This document shows positions 17,630 to 29,265 of a stretch of DNA of 63,963 bases, piece after piece. Position numbers and translations under genes: made by a program. The DNA comes from Nitrospira sp. (GTDB taxonomy: Bacteria > Nitrospirota > Thermodesulfovibrionia > Thermodesulfovibrionales > SM23-35). The stretch is from NCBI GenBank assembly GCA_016873615.1, contig VGWX01000003.1:1-63963 (forward strand), in the 5' to 3' direction. The stretch's first letter is position 1. Each line of letters begins with the position of its first letter. The notes under the pieces are model-generated. The model searched no databases, was not told the DNA's origin, and was given only the letters and a program-made list of their open reading frames with translations.

Positions 17630-18916
17630 TTATTTGTTCATCATTTCAAGAAAGTCTTTGTTGCCCTTTGTGCCCATGAGTTTTCCAAGGAGGAATTCCA
17701 TGCTCTCAACAGTACTCAGAGGGTTAAGAACCTTCCTGAGTATCCACATCTTGTTGAGCACATCCTTTTCTACAAGAAGCTCCTCTTTTCTTGTGCCTGA
17801 ACCGTTGATGTCAATGGTCGGGAATATCCTCTTGTCAACAAGTTTTCTATCGAGGTGAAGCTCCATGTTTCCGGTTCCCTTAAATTCTTCAAAAATAACA
17901 TCGTCCATCCTGCTGCCTGTATCCACAAGCGCAGTGGCTAATATGGTCAGACTGCCTCCGGTTTCTATATTTCTGGCGGTACCGAAAAATCGTTTTGGCC
18001 TTTGGAGTGCATTTGAGTCAAGACCACCGGAGAGGACTTTTCCACTGGCAGGGATAACAGCATTATATGCCCTGGCAAGCCTTGTTATACTGTCAAGGAG
18101 GATTACAACATTCCTCTTGCATTCGACAAGACGTTTTGCCCGCTCAATGACCATTTCCGACACCTGGCAGTGCCTCTGAGGCGGCTCATCAAATGTTGAG
18201 CTTATTATCTCTGCTGTAGGCACCTGCCGCTTCCAGTCTGTAACTTCCTCCGGCCTTTCATCAATCAGTAGTATCATGAGATGAATATCGCGATGATTTT
18301 TCTTGATGGCCTTGGCAATCGACTGAAGAAGCATAGTCTTTCCAGTCCTGGGAGCAGCAACAATCATTCCTCTCTGCCCCATTCCAATTGGCGTTATCAG
18401 GTCCATTACCCTGGTGGAATAATCACTCGCATCATATTCGAGCTTTATCTTTTCGGTTGGGTAGTAGGGAATAAGGTTATCAAATAAGGGCCTGTTTATA
18501 TTTTCTTCCGGAGATTCGTGGTTGATTGCCTCAACTTTCAGGAGGGCGAAATAGCGCTCGCTCTCTTTTGGCGGCCGTATCTGCCCTGATACGAGGTCAC
18601 CGGTTCTCAGGTTAAACCGCCGTATCTGTGAGGGTGAAACATAGATATCATCAGGGCCTGGAAGATAACTGTAGTCAGGCGATCGTAAAAAACCGAACCC
18701 GTCAGGCAGAATTTCGAGGACTCCTGCTGAAAACACATATCCTGTTTTTTCTGTCTGTGCCTGGAGGATAGCAAATATGAGGTCCTGTTTCCTCATACTG
18801 CTTGCACCCTCAACGTTGAGTTCTCTTGCTACCTCTGTTAATTCATCAATCGTTTTTTCCTTAAGTTCGGAAATAGAGATATTATCCGTCATCACATTCT
18901 TTTTGGGATTTTCCAT
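17630..18916 (-). CDS. rho: Transcription termination factor Rho
   Basis: Rho N-terminal and cold-shock-like RNA-binding domains. Walker A '[12 protein letters not shown]'. Full-length match. Confidence 0.97.
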   Translation of the reverse strand: MENPKKNVMTDNISISELKEKTIDELTEVARELNVEGASSMRKQDLIFAILQAQTEKTGYVFSAGVLEILPDGFGFLRSPDYSYLPGPDDIYVSPSQIRRFNLRTGDLVSGQIRPPKESERYFALLKVEAINHESPEENINRPLFDNLIPYYPTEKIKLEYDASDYSTRVMDLITPIGMGQRGMIVAAPRTGKTMLLQSIAKAIKKNHRDIHLMILLIDERPEEVTDWKRQVPTAEIISSTFDEPPQRHCQVSEMVIERAKRLVECKRNVVILLDSITRLARAYNAVIPASGKVLSGGLDSNALQRPKRFFGTARNIETGGSLTILATALVDTGSRMDDVIFEEFKGTGNMELHLDRKLVDKRIFPTIDINGSGTRKEELLVEKDVLNKMWILRKVLNPLSTVESMEFLLGKLMGTKGNKDFLEMMNK

Positions 18917-19039
18917 TATTAAACTCCTATTGGATTTTACTTATATGGCTATATGGTGGTTTTCTTAATAACCCGGTAGGACTTTGCCTATCCAGGGAGG
19001 TTCATTCGATTTTTACACGAAGAAATATGTCTTGTTCCT

Positions 19040-19069
19040 AACATACTAAAAGACAAATGAATTTGTCAA
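19040..19069 (-). promoter_or_regulatory. Candidate sigma-70 promoter of rho (TTGACA-N18-TATGTT)
   Basis: Read on the minus strand. It would give a leader of about 115 nt. Confidence 0.35.
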
Positions 19070-19173
19070 TACCGGTTTTTTAAGTGCCGGTTTTTATTAA
19101 ATGTTGATTTGAATTTAACCATACTCGCATGATAAGATACTAAAATTCTTTTCCCGGATCCTATAGAGATAAA

Positions 19174-20409
19174 ATGGCTAAAATAATACCTTTCAGGGGA
19201 ATTCTTTATAATGTTTCCAAGGTTTCTATGGAAGATGTCATGGCTCCTCCATATGATATTATTACGCCCGAATATCGGGAAGCCCTCTATATGCAAAGCT
19301 CCTATAATATCGTAAAGATAGACTTCGGCAAAGAAGAAACCGGAGATAATGAAACCGAAAATAAATATACGAGAGCCAGAGGATACCTCGATGCATGGAT
19401 AAAAGAAGGCATGTTCATCCGTAGCGAGAAACCTTCATTGTATGTATACGAGATGTCCTATACGATACATGATCTAAAAAAACGCCTTTTAGGATTCCTC
19501 TGTCTTGTTAAACTCGAAGAGCTCGGCAAAGGCAGCATCTATCCACATGAATGCACTCACTCCAAACCGAAACAGGACAGGCTGAACCTTTTGAGGTCCT
19601 GTCGGGCAAACACGAGTCCCATCTTCTCACTTTATAAAAGTCAGGAGGGAGGGATATCGAATGTTCTCTCAAAGATATTCGGGACTAAACCGTATATAGA
19701 GTCAGCATACATATCCGGAGATACACATCGTCTCTGGCAGATCGATGATACAAATGATATAGAGATAATAAAAAAGGAACTTGAAGACAAAGCGATTTTT
19801 ATTGCAGACGGACATCACAGATATGAAACTGCCTTTGAATTCTACAAGGAAATGTCAGCTAAGGATGCCTCAACAACTGACGGGCCTTTTGATCATGTCC
19901 TCATGTTCCTTGCCAACATGCTCGATGAGGGGATAACAATACTTCCAACACACAGGCTATTAAAGGAAATCCCTAAAGACCTGAACAGAATGCTTTCCGA
20001 ATATTTTGATATAACCCCTGTACATAATGATTTTGATATAAGGAAAGCCTTATCCGGCAAAAGCCGCGTCTTTGGTTTTTTCCGGAAGGGAAGCGATATA
20101 TGGCATATCCTTGCCTATAAAGGCGGCAACTTATCAGAAATCCATCCTGACTTAAGAGATATAAACGTAATTATCCTGCATGAACTGGTGCTGAAAAAAA
20201 TATTGCATACATCTGAAATTGGGTATGAGATGGATGTCAACAGGGCATTGGATAAAGTTAAAAGCGGGGAGTTCAGCGCAGCCTTTTTCCTCAATCCAAC
20301 AAAGGTAGAGGATGTTGAAAAATCAGCCCTTTCCTCGGTAAGGATGCCGCCAAAGTCAACGTATTTTTATCCAAAACTCTTAACCGGACTTGTTATAAAT
20401 AAGTGGTAA
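19174..20409 (+). CDS. DUF1015 family protein
   Basis: Family signature 'IADGHHRYETA' and conserved N-terminal 'IIPFRGILYN'. Confidence 0.8.
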   Translation: MAKIIPFRGILYNVSKVSMEDVMAPPYDIITPEYREALYMQSSYNIVKIDFGKEETGDNETENKYTRARGYLDAWIKEGMFIRSEKPSLYVYEMSYTIHDLKKRLLGFLCLVKLEELGKGSIYPHECTHSKPKQDRLNLLRSCRANTSPIFSLYKSQEGGISNVLSKIFGTKPYIESAYISGDTHRLWQIDDTNDIEIIKKELEDKAIFIADGHHRYETAFEFYKEMSAKDASTTDGPFDHVLMFLANMLDEGITILPTHRLLKEIPKDLNRMLSEYFDITPVHNDFDIRKALSGKSRVFGFFRKGSDIWHILAYKGGNLSEIHPDLRDINVIILHELVLKKILHTSEIGYEMDVNRALDKVKSGEFSAAFFLNPTKVEDVEKSALSSVRMPPKSTYFYPKLLTGLVINKW

Positions 20410-20454
20410 AGTTGAAGGCCCCCCCTTGCGACAAGACTATAGGGTACAACAAAT

Positions 20455-20483
20455 TTAAGATTCTCAAATTTTTAGATTATAAT
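20455..20483 (+). promoter_or_regulatory. Candidate sigma-70 promoter of gap-pgk (TTAAGA-N17-TATAAT)
   Basis: Perfect -10 hexamer 24 nt upstream of the gap ATG region; the -35 matches 4/6. Confidence 0.4.
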
Positions 20484-20491
20484 TGAAATAA

Positions 20492-21511
<1,020 letters not shown>

Positions 21512-21513
21512 CT

Positions 21514-22746
21514 ATGAAGAAGGATATAATTGAGCCTTTTCAGAATAAGGATATTTTTAACAAACTAACCATTGAAGACCTTGATACTAAGGGCAAAAAG
21601 GTATTTATCCGGGCTGATTTCAATGTTCCGCTGGATGATAATCTTATGATCACCGATGACAGGAGGATACGCTCAACCCTTCCTACAATAAATTATGCAA
21701 TTGATGAGGGAGCCAAAGTTATTCTCTCCTCACACCTCGGAAGACCAAAAGGCAAGGTCGACCCGAGGCTCAGCCTTGCTCCTGTTGCAAAAAGGCTTAA
21801 GAGGCTTCTGAATAAAGAAGTCATCTTTGCCCCTGACTGTATTGGCAGTCAGGTTGAAGGTCTTGTCTCAAAGATGAGAGATGGTGATGTCATGATCCTT
21901 GAAAATCTCAGGTACCATCCCGGAGAGGAAAATAACGATGAGGAATTCGCACGCTCTTTAGCGAAACTGGCTGATTTCTATGTGAATGATGCGTTTGGGG
22001 CAGCACACAGGGCGCATGCATCAATTGTCGGGATAACAAAATTTCTTCCTTCTGCAGCCGGGTTTCTTCTGAAGAAAGAGATCGAATACCTGAAGGGAGC
22101 TATTGATAATCCTGTAAAACCTTTTATTGCCATCCTCGGCGGCGCAAAAGTTTCCGGCAAGATCGGAGTTCTTGAGCATCTTGTAGGCCATGTTGACAAA
22201 GTACTGGTTGGGGGCGGTATGGCTTTTACATTTATAAAGGCTATGGGGTACGAGATCGGCGACTCCCTTGTTGAGGACGGGATGCTGGAGACAGCAGAGA
22301 GGATACGCAAGAAATTAATAGAAAATGGAATAAAGTTTTATTTGCCGGTAGATTGTGTGATTGCACAAAGCATTGACCCGGGTGCAGTAATCAAGATTGT
22401 TCCGACGCTCGAGATTCCTCAAGGATGGAAGGCGCTCGACATTGGCCCTGCCTCTGTCAAACTCTTCACAATTGCATTGCAGGATGCAAAAACCATTCTC
22501 TGGAATGGACCAATGGGTATGTTCGAAATTGATTTGTTTTCAAGGGGCACATTCGACATCGCCCGTGCAGTCTCGGACGCATATGCCCTCACCATTGTTG
22601 GTGGCGGGGATACCGACCTTGCAGTAAACAGGGCCGGCGTATCTAACACAATATCTTTCATATCAACAGGTGGAGGGGCATCTCTTCAGCTGCTCGAGGG
22701 AAAAGAACTGCCTGGTATCGCAGCCTTAACAAACAGAGCAGACTGA
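21514..22746 (+). CDS. pgk: Phosphoglycerate kinase
   Basis: 'RADFNVPLD', 'SHLGRPKG', 'ISTGGGASLQLLEGKELPG'. Start taken at MKKDIIEPF, 3 nt after the gap stop. Confidence 0.96.
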   Translation: MKKDIIEPFQNKDIFNKLTIEDLDTKGKKVFIRADFNVPLDDNLMITDDRRIRSTLPTINYAIDEGAKVILSSHLGRPKGKVDPRLSLAPVAKRLKRLLNKEVIFAPDCIGSQVEGLVSKMRDGDVMILENLRYHPGEENNDEEFARSLAKLADFYVNDAFGAAHRAHASIVGITKFLPSAAGFLLKKEIEYLKGAIDNPVKPFIAILGGAKVSGKIGVLEHLVGHVDKVLVGGGMAFTFIKAMGYEIGDSLVEDGMLETAERIRKKLIENGIKFYLPVDCVIAQSIDPGAVIKIVPTLEIPQGWKALDIGPASVKLFTIALQDAKTILWNGPMGMFEIDLFSRGTFDIARAVSDAYALTIVGGGDTDLAVNRAGVSNTISFISTGGGASLQLLEGKELPGIAALTNRAD

Positions 22747-22762
22747 TACTATTAATGAGATA

Positions 22763-23191
22763 TCAAGTTTTTATTGTCTCGTAATACTCGGTATCAGCTG
22801 TAGAGACTGAAGAAACCTTATGCGGTAATTTTTTGTTCTCATGAGACAGGATTCCTCTCTTCATCTCCACAACAGAAGGATTTTTACACTCAAATTGCTT
22901 TATGAGATATGAGGCTGCCACTTCCGGTTTTATGATATCGCCGCAGGTAAAGATATCAACGGCAGCATAACCATACTCAGGCCATGTATGAATCGTGAGA
23001 TGGGATTCTGCTATTACAACAACGCCACTGATACCAAAGGGATTAAATTCATGGAAGGAAATATCTACTATGGTTGCCTTGGCCTCTTTAGCCGCCGAGA
23101 CCAGTGCATTTCTGACCTTTTCGAGGCTCTTTAGAATTTCCGGGCTGCAATCCCGCAATTCTATTAATAGATGAGTTCCTAATGCATTCAA
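22763..23191 (-). CDS. speH: S-adenosylmethionine decarboxylase proenzyme (small SpeH-type)
   Basis: Self-processing site context 'IAESHLTIHTWPEYGYAAVDIFTCG'. Confidence 0.9.
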   Translation of the reverse strand: MNALGTHLLIELRDCSPEILKSLEKVRNALVSAAKEAKATIVDISFHEFNPFGISGVVVIAESHLTIHTWPEYGYAAVDIFTCGDIIKPEVAASYLIKQFECKNPSVVEMKRGILSHENKKLPHKVSSVSTADTEYYETIKT

Positions 23192-23345
23192 TTCTCGACC
23201 CCCCTTCTAAACTACAATATTTTACTTATTAGAAATAAAAAGATAACGAAAATATAAATGAGTTGTCAAGAAAAAATTATTTCCTGCCCAAATTTTTTTA
23301 GACATTTCTTTAAAAGTTTCCTTAGAAACCCCGGAAATAATTGAG

Positions 23346-23377
23346 ATTGCTTCGTCGTTTCACTCCTCGCAATGACG
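23346..23377. repeat. Hairpin repeat with conserved AGTGAA(A/G)CG core; the core lies on the minus strand here
   Basis: 'attgcttcgtcgtttcactcctcgcaatgacg'. The ATTGC/GCAAT stem parallels the ATTCCCG/CGGGAAT hairpin at 48853..48884. Confidence 0.5.
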
Positions 23378-23404
23378 CCTTATTTACACAAGCATATATA
23401 GCTA

Positions 23405-23740
23405 TCACCTATCAGCTTTTTCACTTATCGCCAGCTTCTGCACAAGGTCTTTTACCTGAGAGGTAAGCTTAGTGAGTTTTAAAGAGAAATATAGATTAAT
23501 CAATAGCAAAAACACAAAGCCAAAGATAAAGAGAGTTGTTGTAGGCGTCCTTGCTCCGATAAGGCGCGTAAGCCACTCAAGGAGGTCATACCAGAGAATA
23601 AGGACAATAATCCCGAAACCTGTCAGTAGCCAGAGGAATGAATATTCTTCCGCAAGTTTTCTTCTTCTTACCAGTTCTATAATGACTAAAAACAGACCTG
23701 CGCCTATTATCAGGGCAAATATTTTTTGTTGAACAGTCAT
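23405..23740 (-). CDS. DUF2304-like small membrane protein, partner of the GT2 gene
   Basis: Three to four TM helices, 111 aa, directly downstream of a DPM1-like GT2. Confidence 0.6.
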   Translation of the reverse strand: MTVQQKIFALIIGAGLFLVIIELVRRRKLAEEYSFLWLLTGFGIIVLILWYDLLEWLTRLIGARTPTTTLFIFGFVFLLLINLYFSLKLTKLTSQVKDLVQKLAISEKADR

Positions 23741-23745
23741 TGTCT

Positions 23746-24453
23746 TTACTCCTTTCTAAGAAGTGTAACAAAAATAGAAAGCATCATTTTAAAGATATAA
23801 TACAGCGGGTTAAGAATCCCGCCATGCATAGACCTCTTTTTGGCATTATGCATTATAACAGGAACTTCTTTAAACCTGAACCCCTGTCTGTGTAACATTA
23901 TAATTACGTCTGCATCAGGATAATCCACAGGATAGGCAGCGCTTGCATAAAACTCCATCACCTTTTTGTTCAATGCCTGAAAACCAGAGGTGGAATCTGT
24001 TATCCTTCTTCCGGTTAAGACTAATGTTATGATGCCGAAAAAGTACATTCCCATCCTTCTCACAAATGGCGCCTTGTAGTTTCCTTTATCAAGGAATCTT
24101 GAACCTATTACAACGTCAACCTTATCAGCAATCACTGGTTCAATAAGTGTTTTGATTGACATTGGATCATGCTGACCGTCAGCATCCATCTGAACAGCAA
24201 ATCTATATCCCCTTTTCAATGAATACTTGAAGCCTGTCTGAAGCGCTGCACCATAACCAAGGTTAAAGGGGAGTTCCACTACTGTCGCACCTGCCTCGCT
24301 TGCCTCATTAACAGTATTGTCTGTTGAGCCATCGCTGACAACAATAATATCCGCATCCGAAACCTTTTTTATGCCGGCAATCGTAGCGGCAACTCTTCCA
24401 GTTTCGTTATAAGCCGGGATTATTATGGCAAAATTATGTAACTCATAGCTCAT
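23746..24453 (-). CDS. Family 2 glycosyltransferase (polyprenyl-phosphate sugar synthase-like)
   Basis: 'IIIPAYNE', 'VSDGSTDNT', 'QMDADGQHDP'. Confidence 0.88.
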   Translation of the reverse strand: MSYELHNFAIIIPAYNETGRVAATIAGIKKVSDADIIVVSDGSTDNTVNEASEAGATVVELPFNLGYGAALQTGFKYSLKRGYRFAVQMDADGQHDPMSIKTLIEPVIADKVDVVIGSRFLDKGNYKAPFVRRMGMYFFGIITLVLTGRRITDSTSGFQALNKKVMEFYASAAYPVDYPDADVIIMLHRQGFRFKEVPVIMHNAKKRSMHGGILNPLYYIFKMMLSIFVTLLRKE

Positions 24454-24456
24454 AGC

Positions 24457-25590
24457 TCATAGCCCTTCATAAAGCTTAATGTATTCTTTTGCTATCCTGT
24501 CAATCGAAAAACTTTCTACAATTCTTCTCCTTGCCTCAGCTCCTAATCTCTGCCTTAACTCAGCATCCTTTAACAATCTAATCATGGCAGATGATAAGTC
24601 TAATACATTACCTGGCTCAAAAAGGACGCCTGATTTGCCGTCTTCCACAACATCAACTACTCCTCCAATCTTAGATGCAATAACAGGAAGCCCGCATGAC
24701 ATTGCCTCAAGAAGTGAATTAGGAAGACCTTCCTGAAGAGATGGGAGAACATAAAGATCAACTCTCCGAAGATAATCAGGAACATTGTTAACATGACCTG
24801 CAAATGTCACTCTATCAGATATACCTAAATCTTTTGCCTTCATTTTAAGGGAGGCTTTCATCGGACCATTTCCAAGAATGATGAGGTGACCATGGGGAAA
24901 GGTTTCACTAACATCCTTCCATGCCTCTAACAGAATATCCGCTCCCTTACGTTTGTCGAGCGCTCCAGTAAAGATTACTGTTTTATCAGTCGTTTCTTTT
25001 TTGCGATCCGGATAAAAAATGGAAATGTCAACAAAGTTTGGAATACGATATATACGGCTCCGCTCATAGCCATCAGTAAGAAGCCCTTCTTTAATCTCCT
25101 CACTGATAGCAACAAAGGCATCTACACTTCTTAAAATATGAATAAAAAATTTTCCTAAAAACCCGTATCTTCCGTAAAAAGAGCCAGCTTCGATACCCAA
25201 TTTTGCTGAAGAAACCTTTGAAATAACTTTCTTTTTAAAAAATTTCAAGAAGGGAATCGTTATCAAAAGAGGGATACTGGCTCCGTGAAAATGAACTAAG
25301 TCATATTCTTTTCTTTTTTTAATCAGGGTGCTCAATAGATTTAGTGAAAAAGTTACGGAGGTCATTAAATTAGAAAGCGTTTTTTTTTCTATTCTGTAAA
25401 CAGAGGGTCTAAATGCCCACAACTTAATGCTTTTAACCTCAGGACTAAAAGATGGTACCCCTTTTAATTTTCTTGTAATAACGAAAAAATTAATTCCTCT
25501 CTTATTCAGCTCTTCTGTTAAACTAACAGCCTGCCTTCCAATACCTCCTAATTCCGGATGATACACCGGACATACGATACAAACCCTCAT
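24457..25590 (-). CDS. Family 4 (GT-B) glycosyltransferase
   Basis: 'MRVCIVCPVYHPELGGIG' and C-terminal 'EGLPNSLLEAMSCGLPVIAS'. Start taken at the MRVC ATG; the ORF track extends to 25728, overlapping the upstream gene. Confidence 0.88.
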   Translation of the reverse strand: MRVCIVCPVYHPELGGIGRQAVSLTEELNKRGINFFVITRKLKGVPSFSPEVKSIKLWAFRPSVYRIEKKTLSNLMTSVTFSLNLLSTLIKKRKEYDLVHFHGASIPLLITIPFLKFFKKKVISKVSSAKLGIEAGSFYGRYGFLGKFFIHILRSVDAFVAISEEIKEGLLTDGYERSRIYRIPNFVDISIFYPDRKKETTDKTVIFTGALDKRKGADILLEAWKDVSETFPHGHLIILGNGPMKASLKMKAKDLGISDRVTFAGHVNNVPDYLRRVDLYVLPSLQEGLPNSLLEAMSCGLPVIASKIGGVVDVVEDGKSGVLFEPGNVLDLSSAMIRLLKDAELRQRLGAEARRRIVESFSIDRIAKEYIKLYEGL

Positions 25591-25601
25591 CTCCGGAGTC
25601 C

Positions 25602-26231
25602 CTACTGTTTTCTTGCTACTATTAAACAATGCAGACTGATTAACCAAAGATAAAATGGCAGATTCTTCTTTGAGATAATTTTTAACCCCATAGAGTCTAA
25701 AAGTCTCTTTATCTCTTTTGGAGTCCACTGTTTCATATGACCAGCATCATAAAAGGCTTCCTTAAATTTAAGGGTTAGGAGACGAGCTAATTTAAATACA
25801 CTATCATGTGGAAAAAGTAAGATCAACTTACCACCTTTTTTAAGAACTCTTTTTATCTCCTTTATGGCCAATCCCGCGTAATCAAGATGTTCGATCACCT
25901 CTATAAAAAGAACACAATCAACAGAGTAATCATCCAGCGGCAATTCATATACATTTCCAGCATATACCTCTAAGCCATGCTTTTTGCATATACTTACATT
26001 TTCAGGAGAAGGGTCTACTCCAAATACTTTTACATCGGGTAACCTTTGGATTATCTTTTCCATCAAAATCCCTTCACCACATCCAATATCAACAATTATT
26101 TCTTCATCTCTTATAGATTTTAAGATTTCATTATCCCTGTAATCCCAATACCATCGACCTATGCCACCCTTCTGGTATTGTTCTCTCTGATATATCATGC
26201 CCTCTTTAGGGAGGTTTACATCAACAGGCAT
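25602..26231 (-). CDS. Class I SAM-dependent methyltransferase
   Basis: Motif I 'IVDIGCGEGIL'. Start taken at the ATG 14 nt after the asnB-family stop. Confidence 0.82.
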   Translation of the reverse strand: MPVDVNLPKEGMIYQREQYQKGGIGRWYWDYRDNEILKSIRDEEIIVDIGCGEGILMEKIIQRLPDVKVFGVDPSPENVSICKKHGLEVYAGNVYELPLDDYSVDCVLFIEVIEHLDYAGLAIKEIKRVLKKGGKLILLFPHDSVFKLARLLTLKFKEAFYDAGHMKQWTPKEIKRLLDSMGLKIISKKNLPFYLWLISLHCLIVARKQ

Positions 26232-26245
26232 AATATGTTCCCCAC

Positions 26246-28138
26246 CTAACCATTTCCATCTATAAACATCACTTGCCATAGTTCGAGCATGAGAAGATTC
26301 CAGATGTGATTCTGCCAGTTCCATCTGTTAGAGGTATGTTCATCAAGAATTTTTTTTACTGCCTCCTTTTTGAAGTAGCCCCTCTGCACTGCCCTATCGC
26401 TGAGTAATGTATCATATGCCATTTCTTTCAGTTCATTCCTGAACCAGTGGTCTATAGGCACCCCGAATCCCATTTTCTCTCTAAATAACACCTCATCAGG
26501 CAGTATCCCTTTCAGTGCTTCCTTGAGAATATACTTCGTTGTTTTTCCTCTGAGTTTCAATTCTGAAGGGATTCTTGCAATAAATTCCATGAACTGGTGA
26601 TCGAGGAACGGAGAGCGTGCTTCCAGTGAATTTGCCATAGACGCAACATCCACCTTCACAAGCAGGTCATCAGGCAGATACATCATCACATCTGCATAAA
26701 GCGTCCTGTCAAGAAAATCATCAGCTTCAGCCTCTCTGTATTTATCGAAAATAAGGTCGAATGAATCCGAAGAAGAAACACGCAACGAAAAATCATCCGT
26801 ATATAACTCATTCTTCATCTCTGTTGTAAAGTGGCACAGCCAGTGAGCGTTCCTCATCTCAGGCGATTTTGTATATTCCTGCAAAAATCGTTTAAGCCTC
26901 CAGAAAAAATTATCCGGATTTTTGCCGTGAGGGAAGGCTTGAATAAGGGCTCCAAGGGAGTTAGCAGCGAAAACTGGCAGAAATCTGTGAAGACGTCCTG
27001 AGAGTTTATTTGCAGCATACCGTCCATATCCTGCAAAGTTCTCGTCACCTCCGTCGCCATTAAGTATAACCGTTACCTGCTCCCTTGCAAGTTTAGAGAC
27101 ATAATATGTCGGGATAGCAGAGGAGTCAGCAAAAGGTTCGTTATAATGCCATACAAGTTTATCAATCACTTCAAGAGCTTTTGGTTCAACAATAAATTCA
27201 GTGTGATCAGTCTTAAACCTTTCAGCAACCATTCTTGCATATCTCAGCTCATTATATGCTTCCTCTTTGAACCCTATGGAGAATGTCTTAACCGGCTCAC
27301 TCATCAGGCCGGACATCAGAGCAACTGTTGCGCTCGAATCCACCCCTCCACTTAAAAATGCGCCAAGCGGCACGTCGCTGATGAGCCTGATCCTTACCGC
27401 CTCCCTGAGCCGCGCGATGATCTCATTTTTCAAATCCTCTTCACTGAGACTGAGTTTGGGCAGATAGGAAAGTTTCCAGTACCGGTTTAGCTCTATTTTA
27501 CCGTTTGCTAAAGTGAGAGAATGTGCAGGCGGCAGCTTCTTTATGCCTTCAAATGCAGTCCACGGAGACGGCACGTCCTGATATGTGAGATAATGATGTA
27601 TAGCTATATAGTCCGGCTTTCTCAGAAAATTGCAGTCCTGCAGAATTGATTTTATTTCTGAGGCAAAAACAAAAGTATTCTGATAGTGAAAGTAATATAA
27701 AGGTTTTTTACCCACCCTATCTCTTGCAAGAAACAAAGACCTTTTATTTTCGTCCCAGATTGCAAATGCAAACATTCCTCTCAAGTATTTGAGGCATTCA
27801 ATGCCATGCTCTTCGTATAGATGAATAATCGTTTCGGTGTCGCTTCTTGAGCGAAAAATATGTCCTTTTTTTATTAAGTCATCCCTGAGTTCTATGAAGT
27901 TATATATTTCACCGTTATATACAATCCATAAAGTCCCATTCTCATTCGTCATTGGTTGGTGAGCAAGAGGAGAGAGGTCAATAATGGAAAGTCTTCTATG
28001 GCCAAGTCCGACATTTTTTTTAAGATATATGCCTTCATCATCTGGCCCGCGATGGGAAAGGCAAGACGTCATTTTTTTGAGAAGGGTTTCATCAACAGGC
28101 TTATTGTTGAAGTTTATCTTTCCGCAGATTCCGCACAT
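26246..28138 (-). CDS. Asparagine synthase (glutamine-hydrolysing) family amidotransferase
   Basis: N-terminal nucleophile 'MCGICG' and PP-loop 'SGGVDSS'. Embedded in the glycan cluster, like WbpS-type sugar amidotransferases. Confidence 0.9.
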   Translation of the reverse strand: MCGICGKINFNNKPVDETLLKKMTSCLSHRGPDDEGIYLKKNVGLGHRRLSIIDLSPLAHQPMTNENGTLWIVYNGEIYNFIELRDDLIKKGHIFRSRSDTETIIHLYEEHGIECLKYLRGMFAFAIWDENKRSLFLARDRVGKKPLYYFHYQNTFVFASEIKSILQDCNFLRKPDYIAIHHYLTYQDVPSPWTAFEGIKKLPPAHSLTLANGKIELNRYWKLSYLPKLSLSEEDLKNEIIARLREAVRIRLISDVPLGAFLSGGVDSSATVALMSGLMSEPVKTFSIGFKEEAYNELRYARMVAERFKTDHTEFIVEPKALEVIDKLVWHYNEPFADSSAIPTYYVSKLAREQVTVILNGDGGDENFAGYGRYAANKLSGRLHRFLPVFAANSLGALIQAFPHGKNPDNFFWRLKRFLQEYTKSPEMRNAHWLCHFTTEMKNELYTDDFSLRVSSSDSFDLIFDKYREAEADDFLDRTLYADVMMYLPDDLLVKVDVASMANSLEARSPFLDHQFMEFIARIPSELKLRGKTTKYILKEALKGILPDEVLFREKMGFGVPIDHWFRNELKEMAYDTLLSDRAVQRGYFKKEAVKKILDEHTSNRWNWQNHIWNLLMLELWQVMFIDGNG

Positions 28139-29265
28139 ACTTTATGAATAATCCTTTCATACTCTTTTATAACCTTATCCGCCCTGAAATATTCAGCCCT
28201 TATCCTGCCAGCTTCGCCGATTCTCGCTCTTAACTCTTCATCCAGCAAAAGTTTTTTTATCGCTTCTGAAAGAACCTTTTCATTGGCAGGAGGCACCAAT
28301 ATTCCGTTGACGCCGTCTGTTACTATTTCTTCAGGTCCGGTCGGACAGCGAGTGGCAATTGAAGGGACTCCCAGAGCCAATGCCTCCAAAAGGACATTTG
28401 GCAAACCCTCATAGAGCGATGAGAGGGTAAAGATGGTGGATCTGCTCAAATATTTATAAGGGTTCTTCTGGAAACCGAGAAAGGCCACCCTATCTGCGAC
28501 ATTTAAGTCTACGGCCAATCGTCTCAGGTTGTCATCTTCCGGACCTTTCCCAAGTATTATCAGGCGGCAATTTATGCCTTCGGATGTCAGGGTATGGATA
28601 GCCTTGATGAGGTACGAAAAACCCTTCTGCAGTGTCAGCCGCCCTATGCCGATAATAATGGGGATTTCCTCTTCAAACCATATATGATCGACTTCCTCTT
28701 CCCCAAGTCTCGTTACCCTTTGTATCTCCAATGGATTATAAATAACCTCAATCTTTTCAGGGTGTATATGAAACAATTCTCTTAATTGCTGCCCCATAGC
28801 TTCAGCATTAACAATAATAGTTTCTGCCTTCGGATAGAAAAAACGTATAGTATTTCTGCGCAAAAATTCTTCCATGAGGCCTTCATAGGAAGCTGACAGA
28901 CCATATCTTTCGCTTACCAAAACCCCACACTTAATCCCACTAAATAACCTCGCCAATAAGACAACAAGATTTGTATACCACATAAAACTCAAAATGGCGT
29001 CCGGTTGATCCTTTCTCAATATCTTCGCAAACCTGATCACAAAATCAGGGGCAGAAAACCCATATAACATATATTTACTCTTTTTCATTCTCAGCGCATC
29101 TACAGTAATATCCGGCGGGAGATCAGAAAGAAGTTCGCCTTCTCTTTCAAATAATATTAAGCTTATTTCAAACTTATTCCTGTCCAGATTTTTCAGAATC
29201 TGAAGCATTACTCTCTCGGCCCCGCCCCCCCCCATAGAGGGAATTACAACAAAGACTTTTCTCAA
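28114..29265 (-). CDS. Family 4 (GT-B) glycosyltransferase
   Basis: 'VVIPSMGGGGAERV' and 'EGLPNVLLEALALGVPSIAT'. Confidence 0.88.
   Translation of the reverse strand: MRKVFVVIPSMGGGGAERVMLQILKNLDRNKFEISLILFEREGELLSDLPPDITVDALRMKKSKYMLYGFSAPDFVIRFAKILRKDQPDAILSFMWYTNLVVLLARLFSGIKCGVLVSERYGLSASYEGLMEEFLRRNTIRFFYPKAETIIVNAEAMGQQLRELFHIHPEKIEVIYNPLEIQRVTRLGEEEVDHIWFEEEIPIIIGIGRLTLQKGFSYLIKAIHTLTSEGINCRLIILGKGPEDDNLRRLAVDLNVADRVAFLGFQKNPYKYLSRSTIFTLSSLYEGLPNVLLEALALGVPSIATRCPTGPEEIVTDGVNGILVPPANEKVLSEAIKKLLLDEELRARIGEAGRIRAEYFRADKVIKEYERIIHKVCAESAER
29225..29233 (-). repeat. Homopolymeric G9 tract (C9 on the plus strand) at codons 11-14 of the GT4 gene
   Basis: The coding strand reads ATGGGGGGGGGCGGGGCC (M-G-G-G-G-A). 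Confidence 0.9.
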
